In this document: piece by piece, positions 55,645 to 64,000 of the stretch | Position numbering within the stretch: the stretch's first letter is position 1 | Layout of the letters: each line of letters starts with the position of its first letter | Assembly: GCF_055900595.2 (NCBI RefSeq) | Contig: NZ_CM148325.1 | Direction: 5' to 3' (one strand) | Length of the DNA: 64,000 nucleotides | Notes under the pieces: generated by a model | Told to the model about the DNA's origin: nothing | Databases searched by the model: none | Seen by the model: only the letters and a program-made list of their open reading frames with translations | Translations under genes and position numbers: made by a program

Positions 55645-57063
55645 TCACACTTCCTCTATAAATTCAGGTTCAGTTTGTGGGTAGAAATAACGGTACTGAT
55701 AATGAATCTGCGCGCGAGCTTCTTCCGGGCTGTTAAATTCCCCTACGCCATACCAACCGAACAGCGCAGCTCCTGCGACGGTCGTTTCGGCGTCGTCGAG
55801 AACTTTTACCGGAATATCAAGCATATTGGCTTTAATCTGATTCCACAATGTGTTGCGACTTCCTCCACCTACTAACAATAATTCAGAGGCTTTAAAGTGC
55901 CCGATTTTTTCCAGCATCTGTAGATTGCGCTGTAATTGCGCGGTTAACCCTTCCAGCGCCGCGCGATAGAAATGTCCGCGCGTGGTATTGAGCGTCACTC
56001 CTTGCCAGCCAGCGTTCTGACACGACAATAAATCACACTGCATTTTCACGCCATCCGCGCCAGGCGCGATCAGACGAGCCTCTTCAATCAACATTTGCCA
56101 GGGCGTTTCAGCAGTCCAGAACAGTTTTCTCACCCATTCCAGCACGCCGGATGCCAGCCATTGCATACCTGGGTTATACAACCCTGCCTGACTATCCAGT
56201 TCGCAGGTCGAACCGGCGTACTGACTTAACAGCGAAGTATCAACCTGGGCGCTACGGACCATTAAAATTTCCCATGTACCGGAAGAGAGCACGGGTTCAT
56301 TTTGTTCGGCACCAGCGCCAAAAAGGGCGAACTGGGTATCGTGACCTGCGGAAATCACCGGTATGCCAACGGGTAAGCCGAGCATTGCTGCGGCGCTGTT
56401 CTGTAACGTACCAATCTGTTCACCCGCTTCCCCCAGACGAGGGAAGAGTCGGCGCGGAATACCGGTGGCTTGTAAAATTTGCGGACTGAAATCGCGTTGC
56501 TGGATATCCAGCATCTGGCTGGTTCCGGCCATCGTGATATCAGTAGTGAATTCGCCGGTTAAACGGTGGTTAATCAGCGACGAAATAAAGAGCCAGGCGT
56601 GCGCGCGTTCCAGCAGTTGTGGATGATTTTCTTTCAACCACACCAATTTATATAACGTATTGAAACTAAAGGCTCCGACGCCAGAAATAGCCTGCAACTG
56701 CTGTGCGGAGATCAACCGTTCAATATTGTCCATTACCGCTGCTGTTCGCGGACATTTCCAGCTAATGATCGGATAGAGCAGATTGCCTTGCTTATCTACC
56801 AGAGCGCCATCCACACCAAAGGTGGTGACGGCGATACCGCGGATGTGGCATTCAGTCAGTTCACTATTGATTTGCCGACAGCAATCAGCAAAGCGTTGCA
56901 AAATGGCGTCTAAAGACCACTGGTGCCAGGTGTTGTTTTCCATCGCGATATCGCTGGCATTAGGCGTTGAGGCGCGGGCAACAATTTTTCCCTGCCGATT
57001 AACCGCGATGGCCCTGACATTGGTCGCGCCACAGTCGAGTACCAGGATAACTTCTTGTTTCAT
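55645..57063 (-). CDS. fucK: L-fuculokinase
   Basis: FGGY carbohydrate kinase; start chosen at [18 protein letters not shown] (472 aa) because of a strong aggag RBS; an alternative upstream ATG at 57093 would give 482 aa. Confidence 0.9.
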
Positions 57064-57171
57064 AATCGCTCCTGCAATATAGCCGGATAACATTGCTTAT
57101 CCGGCTAACCACTCTTGCTTGTTCAGGCCCGGAAGCCGGGGCGACCGGGCATCACATCAGGGAGTAATGTA

Positions 57172-58947
57172 TTAACGCTTGTACAACGGGCCGTAGTTCT
57201 GGCAAGCGCGGTAATCCTGGCCTTCAATATCCATGCCGTGCGCGGCCCAGGCAGAAGGACGATACACTTTGGTCTCTTCAACGTTATGCATACATACCGG
57301 GATACGCAGCATGGAGGCGAGAGTGATAAAGTCAGCGCCAACGTGGCCGATGGTCAGAACCCCGTGGTTAGCGCCCCAGTTCGCCATTACCGAGTACACA
57401 TCCGTAAACGGCCCTTTACCGGTGAGGCGCGGTGCAAACCAGGTGGTTGGCCAGGTTGAGTTGGTGCGTTTGTTGAGGATGTCATGCACATCCTTCGGTA
57501 ACTCAACGCTCCAGCCTTCCGCGATTTGCAGTACCGGTCCCAGGCCTTTGATGATGTTGACACGGGTCATGGTGAACGGGACACCGCCTTCAGTAAGGAA
57601 GCGGGAAGAGTAACCACCGCCACGGAAATATTCGTGGATAGCCGGGCACCATTCGGTCGCGGCGAGGCAAGCGTCAGCCTCTTGCTGAGAGATTTCCCAG
57701 TGCGGCTTCATCGTCGGTTTACCTTCGCTGTCGCGTTGTTTACAGGATCCGTCCAGCGCAGCAGAACCGGAGTTGATCAAGTGGATGATGCCGTGTTCTG
57801 CCAGTCCGTCCAGTTTATGCCCCGTTACTCGCTCAATTGCTTCTGGTGACCAGTAGGTACGCACATCGGCAAATACCTGAGCGGTGCCGGTGAGTTGGTG
57901 ACCCATTAGCATTGCCACGCCGTTAAGACTGTCGTTTTCGGTCGCCACGACAAAGGGTTCGCGTACGCCATTCCAGTCAAATGAACTGTTGAGGATCGCT
58001 TCGGCGGTGTCGCCATTTGGATATTGATCGGTCCAGTGACGTTGCCCCTGGAAGCCCGCAGCGATGGCGTTGTAACCAAGAGATTCTTCCACGCGACCAA
58101 TATCGGCCAGTTTGCTGTTGCCTTGCATCATGTCGCGGATACACATCGTCATCAGTAAACTTTCGCGTAGAACTGCGCGGCTTTGCTCGGCATTGCGTTG
58201 ATACTGTTTGTTATTTTCATCTTCGCCATAGCGGAAGTTTTTATCAGCCCAGGCCAGCGCCATTTCCAGTTCTGCTTCGTCGTAAATCTTCTGATCAATA
58301 CGGCGACGCAGTTCGGTCATATCCACCGCCTGGACTTTCATTCCCAGCCAGGATTCAAAGAAGTTGTGGTCAACGATGGAACCGGCGATCCCCATCGAAA
58401 CGCCGCCCAGCGACAGATAGCTTTTACCTTTCATACTGGCGACTGCCAAACCGGCGCGGGCAAAGCGCAGCAGTTTTTCTTCAACGTCGGCAGGAATCGA
58501 TGTGTCATCGGCATCCTGAACGTCATGACCGTAAATGGAGAATGCCGGGATACCTTTCTGACTGTGAGCTGCCAGAGCTGCGGCGAGGTAAACAGCGCCT
58601 GGGCGTTCAGTGCCGTTAAAGCCCCAAATGGCTTTCGGGCGGGTAGGGTCCATGTCAATGGTTTCACTGCCATAGCACCAGCAAGGCGTTACCGTAATGG
58701 TGAGGCCTACATTCTGGCTGCTGAATTTTTCTTCGCAAGCAGCAGCTTCAGCCATACCCGCGATACAGGTATCGGAAATGACACACTCGACGGCAGCTCC
58801 GCAGGCATGGCGCAGTTTCTCGGTCAGCAGTGCGGCCGTAGCTTTCGCCATATTCATTGTTTGTTCTTCAAGCGACTCACGAACACCCATGCGACGACCG
58901 TCAATAACCGGGCGGATACCAATTTTCGGTAAGCTGATTTTTTTCAT
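57172..58947 (-). CDS. fucI: L-fucose isomerase
   Basis: 591 aa; FucI sequence ([19 protein letters not shown]...). Confidence 0.96.
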   Translation of the reverse strand: MKKISLPKIGIRPVIDGRRMGVRESLEEQTMNMAKATAALLTEKLRHACGAAVECVISDTCIAGMAEAAACEEKFSSQNVGLTITVTPCWCYGSETIDMDPTRPKAIWGFNGTERPGAVYLAAALAAHSQKGIPAFSIYGHDVQDADDTSIPADVEEKLLRFARAGLAVASMKGKSYLSLGGVSMGIAGSIVDHNFFESWLGMKVQAVDMTELRRRIDQKIYDEAELEMALAWADKNFRYGEDENNKQYQRNAEQSRAVLRESLLMTMCIRDMMQGNSKLADIGRVEESLGYNAIAAGFQGQRHWTDQYPNGDTAEAILNSSFDWNGVREPFVVATENDSLNGVAMLMGHQLTGTAQVFADVRTYWSPEAIERVTGHKLDGLAEHGIIHLINSGSAALDGSCKQRDSEGKPTMKPHWEISQQEADACLAATEWCPAIHEYFRGGGYSSRFLTEGGVPFTMTRVNIIKGLGPVLQIAEGWSVELPKDVHDILNKRTNSTWPTTWFAPRLTGKGPFTDVYSVMANWGANHGVLTIGHVGADFITLASMLRIPVCMHNVEETKVYRPSAWAAHGMDIEGQDYRACQNYGPLYKR

Positions 58948-58979
58948 TACAGATTCCTCACTTTATTCGGAAAATATGT

Positions 58980-60296
58980 TCAGTTAGTTGCCGTTTGAGA
59001 ACGGAAACGGGCAAAGATAAAGATGACCGCGAAGCAGAGTGCGGGGATCAGTTCGGCTGTGGGGATGTTGCCCGCCGCGTCACTGACAAAACCCATGACC
59101 GGAGTGACAATACCGCCGCCAATAATGGTCATAACGATGAAGGACGAGCCGTATTTGGTGTCCTGGCCGAGATTCTTTATGCCCAGCGAGAAGATTGTTG
59201 GGTACTGAATCGACATAAAGGCGCTGCATAAAGTCAGGGCTATTAAACCCACATGACCGCCAGCGAAGGCTGAGATCAGGCACAGTGCCATAGCGATTAA
59301 TGCGTAGGCTGCCAGGACTTTGTGTGGTGCGAAGCGACTGATGAGCCAGGTGCCGGTGAAACGACCAATAAAGAAGCACACCATGGTTCCGGTTAAATAG
59401 TTAGCGGCAAAGCCTGCGGTCATACCTGGAATTTCTTCTACAGCGTAGCGAATCAAATAGCTCCAGCAGGCCGTTTGCGCGCCGACGTAGCAGAATTGCG
59501 CTAATACTGCCCAGCGCCAGTGGCGAATACGCGCCAGGCGAGAAAGCGATGCGGAGAACGATCCTTGTTTGGCGTCACTGTGATTATCACTCTGCAATGC
59601 CGGGAATTTCGTCAGCATGATCAGCAGGGCGACCAGTAACACGATAGCCACGATGATCATATAAGGTGTCTGTACCGATAATACCAGGCTGTGTTTATAC
59701 GCACTCAATTGCTCTGGTGACATTTTATCGAGAACGTCTTGCGATTGATGTGGCACGTTAGACAAAATAAGACTTTGCCCAAAGACAACCGCAATAATTG
59801 CGCCAAATGAGTTAAATGTTTGCGCAAGATTTAAGCGAAAGTGACCGCTGCTTTCTGGTCCTAATACCGTAACGAAAGGGTTTGCGGCAGTTTCCAGACA
59901 ACCTAATCCGGCTGCAATAATAAATAGGCCAATTAAAAATAAGGTGTAGTTCATTATTTCTGCGGCGGGCCAGAATAATGCAGCGCCGAAGGCATATAAA
60001 AACAATCCGGTAATAATCCCTGCTTTATAACTGAGTTTTTTCATCAATATCCCGGCAGGGATTGGGATAATGAAATAACCAAAGTAAAAGGCCGATTGGA
60101 TCAGACCTGCCTGAAAGTTTGTCAGCGTAAAAGCCTGCTGAAATTGAGGCAATAAAATGTCGTTAAGGTTATTGGCTACCGCCCAAAGAAAAAACAGTGA
60201 GCACAGCAGCGCGAATGGAATAATGTAACTTCTGCTTTGCCCTGCATCTTTATCTACCGCACGGTAACTCTGCGTTTGTATTGATGTGTTTCCCAT
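58980..60296 (-). CDS. fucP: L-fucose:H+ symporter (MFS)
   Basis: 438 aa; 12-TM MFS permease. Confidence 0.95.
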   Translation of the reverse strand: MGNTSIQTQSYRAVDKDAGQSRSYIIPFALLCSLFFLWAVANNLNDILLPQFQQAFTLTNFQAGLIQSAFYFGYFIIPIPAGILMKKLSYKAGIITGLFLYAFGAALFWPAAEIMNYTLFLIGLFIIAAGLGCLETAANPFVTVLGPESSGHFRLNLAQTFNSFGAIIAVVFGQSLILSNVPHQSQDVLDKMSPEQLSAYKHSLVLSVQTPYMIIVAIVLLVALLIMLTKFPALQSDNHSDAKQGSFSASLSRLARIRHWRWAVLAQFCYVGAQTACWSYLIRYAVEEIPGMTAGFAANYLTGTMVCFFIGRFTGTWLISRFAPHKVLAAYALIAMALCLISAFAGGHVGLIALTLCSAFMSIQYPTIFSLGIKNLGQDTKYGSSFIVMTIIGGGIVTPVMGFVSDAAGNIPTAELIPALCFAVIFIFARFRSQTATN

Positions 60297-60842
60297 AGCA
60301 TCCTCTTAGGTTCAGAAGCTTAAGCACGTAATCGGTTATGTTTTCAAAAGTGCAAAACCAGCGAGTTCGGGCTTCATATCAGTGAATATTTGCCTGTCTG
60401 AAATGAACTCATGGATTCATTTTCAAATAAAAAACGCTCTGTAATATGACGACGGTCACACTTATTAGCTGGGAGGTGACTTTATGTGACTACCATCACT
60501 TTAATAATCGAAATTTCATGCCCGTTTCAGAAAATAAATCATAAAAAACACAAACCAGATGACCGTATTAATTGTTTATGCCGAAAACGGGCATTTCTGG
60601 CGAGGGGAAATGGAAAAATGACCGTTTTGATAAATATTTTTAAGAGCGGTCATTTTTAACGGGGTTATAAAAAGAGAACTTGCAGTTATTTACTGTGATT
60701 AGTTGAGCCAGGTCACAAAATATAAGCTTGTGAATTTCTTTCCGGTTAATCAGGAAGAAGATGGTGGGTAATTAAACGGCTAATTCAATAGTGTGAAAGG
60801 AACAACATTATTGCCCTGTTTTGAATCAGAGAGAGGTAGCTA
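60297..60842. promoter_or_regulatory. Divergent fucPIK / fucAO control region
   Basis: 546-bp AT-rich intergenic segment between divergent operons; contains several inverted-repeat motifs (atgcccgtttc ... gaaacgggcat; atgaccg ... cggtcat). Confidence 0.6.
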
Positions 60843-61490
60843 ATGGAACGAAATAAACTTGCTCGTCAGATTATTGACACTTGCCTGGAAATGACCCGCC
60901 TGGGACTGAATCAGGGAACAGCGGGTAACGTCAGTGTACGTTATCAGGATGGGATGCTGATTACGCCTACAGGCATTCCGTATGAAAAACTGACGGAGTC
61001 GCATATTGTCTTTATTGATGGCAACGGTAAACATGAGGAAGGAAAGCTTCCCTCAAGCGAATGGCGTTTCCATATGGCGGCCTATCAAAGCAGACCGGAT
61101 GCCAACGCGGTTGTTCACAATCATGCCGTTCATTGCACGGCAGTTTCCATTCTTAACCGACCTATCCCCGCTATTCACTACATGATTGCGGCGGCTGGCG
61201 GTAATTCTATTCCTTGCGCGCCTTATGCGACCTTTGGAACTCGGGAACTTTCTGAACATGTTGCGCTGGCTCTCAAAAACCGTAAGGCAACTTTGTTACA
61301 ACATCATGGGCTTATCGCTTGTGAGGTGAATCTGGAGAAAGCGTTATGGCTGGCGCATGAAGTTGAAGTGCTGGCGCAGCTTTACCTGACGACCCTGGCG
61401 ATTACGGACCCGGTGCCAGTGCTGAGCGATGAAGAGATTGCCGTAGTGCTGGAGAAATTCAAAACCTACGGGTTACGGATTGAAGAGTAA
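60843..61490 (+). CDS. fucA: L-fuculose-phosphate aldolase (class II)
   Basis: 215 aa; class II aldolase fold with His-rich metal site (VHNHAVHCTA). Confidence 0.95.
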   Translation: MERNKLARQIIDTCLEMTRLGLNQGTAGNVSVRYQDGMLITPTGIPYEKLTESHIVFIDGNGKHEEGKLPSSEWRFHMAAYQSRPDANAVVHNHAVHCTAVSILNRPIPAIHYMIAAAGGNSIPCAPYATFGTRELSEHVALALKNRKATLLQHHGLIACEVNLEKALWLAHEVEVLAQLYLTTLAITDPVPVLSDEEIAVVLEKFKTYGLRIEE

Positions 61491-61517
61491 TTTCGTAAAG
61501 CAAAAAGGAGCAGGATG

Positions 61518-62666
61518 ATGGCTAACAGAATGATTCTGAACGAAACGGCATGGTTTGGTCGGGGAGCTGTTGGGGCCTTAACTGAGGAGGTGAAACGCCG
61601 TGGTTATCAGAAGGCGCTGATCGTCACCGATAAAACGCTGGTGCAATGCGGCGTGGTGGCGAAAGTGACCGATAAGATGGATGCTGCAGGGCTGGCATGG
61701 GCGATTTACGATGGTGTAGTGCCCAACCCGACAATTACTGTCGTCAAAGAAGGGCTTGGTGTATTCCAGAGTAGCGGTGCGGATTACCTGATCGCTATTG
61801 GTGGTGGTTCTCCACAGGACACGTGTAAAGCGATTGGCATCATCAGCAACAACCCGGAATTCGCCGATGTGCGCAGTCTGGAAGGGCTTTCCCCGACCAA
61901 TAAACCCAGTGTACCGATTCTGGCAATCCCCACCACAGCAGGCACTGCGGCAGAAGTGACCATTAACTATGTGATCACTGACGAAGAAAAACGACGCAAG
62001 TTCGTTTGTGTTGATCCGCATGATATCCCGCAGGTGGCATTTATTGACGCTGACATGATGGATGGTATGCCGCCTGCGCTGAAAGCCGCGACGGGTGTCG
62101 ATGCGCTCACTCATGCTATTGAGGGGTATATTACTCGTGGTGCGTGGGCGCTAACCGATGCGCTGCACATTAAAGCGATTGAAATTATTGCTGGGGCGCT
62201 ACGAGGATCGGTTGCTGGTGATAAGGATGCCGGAGAAGAAATGGCGCTCGGGCAGTATGTTGCGGGTATGGGCTTCTCGAATGTTGGGTTAGGGCTGGTG
62301 CATGGTATGGCGCATCCGCTGGGCGCGTTTTACAACACGCCACACGGTGTTGCGAACGCCATCCTGTTACCGCATGTCATGCGCTATAACGCTGACTTTA
62401 CCGGTGAGAAGTACCGCGATATTGCGCGTGTAATGGGCGTAAAAGTGGAAGGTTTGAGCCTGGAAGACGCGCGTAATGCCGCTGTTGAAGCGGTATTTGC
62501 TCTCAACCGTGATGTCGGTATTCCGCCACATTTGCGTGATGTTGGTGTACGCAAGGAAGACATTCCGGCACTGGCGCAGGCGGCTCTGGACGATGTTTGT
62601 ACCGGTGGCAACCCGCGTGAAGCAACGCTTGAGGATATTGTAGCGCTTTACCATACCGCCTGGTAA
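61518..62666 (+). CDS. fucO: Lactaldehyde reductase / L-1,2-propanediol oxidoreductase (Fe-ADH)
   Basis: 382 aa from the second ATG (aaggag RBS 7 nt upstream); iron-containing alcohol dehydrogenase motifs (GGGSPQDT). Confidence 0.93.
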   Translation: MANRMILNETAWFGRGAVGALTEEVKRRGYQKALIVTDKTLVQCGVVAKVTDKMDAAGLAWAIYDGVVPNPTITVVKEGLGVFQSSGADYLIAIGGGSPQDTCKAIGIISNNPEFADVRSLEGLSPTNKPSVPILAIPTTAGTAAEVTINYVITDEEKRRKFVCVDPHDIPQVAFIDADMMDGMPPALKAATGVDALTHAIEGYITRGAWALTDALHIKAIEIIAGALRGSVAGDKDAGEEMALGQYVAGMGFSNVGLGLVHGMAHPLGAFYNTPHGVANAILLPHVMRYNADFTGEKYRDIARVMGVKVEGLSLEDARNAAVEAVFALNRDVGIPPHLRDVGVRKEDIPALAQAALDDVCTGGNPREATLEDIVALYHTAW

Positions 62667-62681
62667 TTGCGCTGATGTGAC

Positions 62682-62716
62682 GATGCCGGATGCGACGTTT
62701 GCGCCGTATCCGGCAC
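62682..62716. repeat. REP-type palindromic element after fucO
   Basis: gatgccggatgcgacgtttgcgccgtatccggcac: GCCGGATGCG / CGCCGTATCCGGC imperfect palindrome. Confidence 0.6.
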
Positions 62717-62720
62717 GCCG

Positions 62721-63587
<867 letters not shown>

Positions 63588-64000
63588 TTAATCGCAGGCA
63601 ACAATCTTCATCGCCAGGCCACCACGAGAGGTTTCGCGGTACTTGGCATTCATATCTTTACCTGTTTCGTACATGGTTTCGATAACTTTATCGAGGCAGA
63701 CACGTGGTTCGCTGGTACGGCGTAGCGCCATACGTGCAGCGTTCACCGCTTTTACTGCCGCAATGGCGTTACGCTCAATGCACGGTACCTGAACTTGTCC
63801 AGCAACCGGGTCACAAGTCAGACCGAGGTTGTGTTCCATGGCGATTTCCGCCGCGATGCACACCTGCGCCGGGCTTGCGCCTAACAATTCTGCCAGACCA
63901 GCTGCCGCCATAGAGCACGCCACGCCAACTTCACCCTGGCAACCCACTTCGGCACCAGAAATCGAGGCGTTCATCTTATAAAGAGAACCAATCGCGCTGG
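63588..64000 (-). CDS. sdaB: L-serine dehydratase (C-terminal part; gene continues beyond the window)
   Basis: C-terminal residues ...[37 protein letters not shown]; the reading frame runs off the window end. sdaA/sdaB paralog assignment rests on the neighbouring xni and fuc genes. Confidence 0.8.
   Translation of the reverse strand, partial: SAIGSLYKMNASISGAEVGCQGEVGVACSMAAAGLAELLGASPAQVCIAAEIAMEHNLGLTCDPVAGQVQVPCIERNAIAAVKAVNAARMALRRTSEPRVCLDKVIETMYETGKDMNAKYRETSRGGLAMKIVACD

Noticed and set aside
55645-57093. Longer 482-aa form of fucK starting at [11 protein letters not shown]
   Set aside because: The upstream ATG lacks a convincing RBS, whereas the ATG at 57063 has aggag 5 nt upstream. 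The longer form remains possible and is noted in the feature.
57233-58932. Plus-strand ORFs of 126-249 aa overlapping fucI
   Set aside because: They are embedded antisense in fucI, with low-complexity Arg/Ser/Cys-rich translations. Not credible genes.

Overview
This window is an Escherichia coli-type chromosomal segment running yqeG-yqeF-kduI-kduD-araE-ygeA-lysR-lysA-galR-omrB-omrA-aas-lplT-[inserted gene]-tas-ygdR-ygdQ-mutH-rppH-ptsP-lgt-thyA-ppdA-ppdB-ygdB-ppdC-recC-ptrA-recB-recD-argA-amiC-[inserted islet]-tRNA-fMet x3-mltA-tcdA-csdE-csdA-ygdI-gcvB-gcvA-ygdD-rlmM-fucRUKIP/fucAO-xni-sdaB(partial). It is in reverse orientation relative to the K-12 reference as I recall it. All gene identities come from reading the supplied translations and sequence, plus recalled K-12 gene order; no database search was run. 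I call about 57 CDS, three tandem initiator tRNA-fMet genes, three small RNAs (OmrB, OmrA, GcvB), and several terminators, REP elements and operator sites. Two segments are not part of the K-12 backbone as I remember it. (1) A roughly 5.5-kb AT-rich islet between amiC and the tRNA-fMet cluster encodes a BglG/LicT-type antiterminator, a glucose-family PTS EIICB permease, a MalY-like PLP-dependent C-S lyase, a SIS-only sugar-phosphate isomerase and a D-2-hydroxyacid dehydrogenase, preceded by a RAT-plus-terminator leader. This is the best candidate for a poorly characterised system; its substrate cannot be deduced from sequence, and it probably corresponds to a locus I recall being reported in uropathogenic E. 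coli. (2) A 1.66-kb gene for a DUF4139-like lipoprotein with a central coiled coil sits between lplT and tas. Smaller observations include a partial duplication of the argA 3' end around a REP element and a one-base D-loop variant in the middle tRNA-fMet copy.
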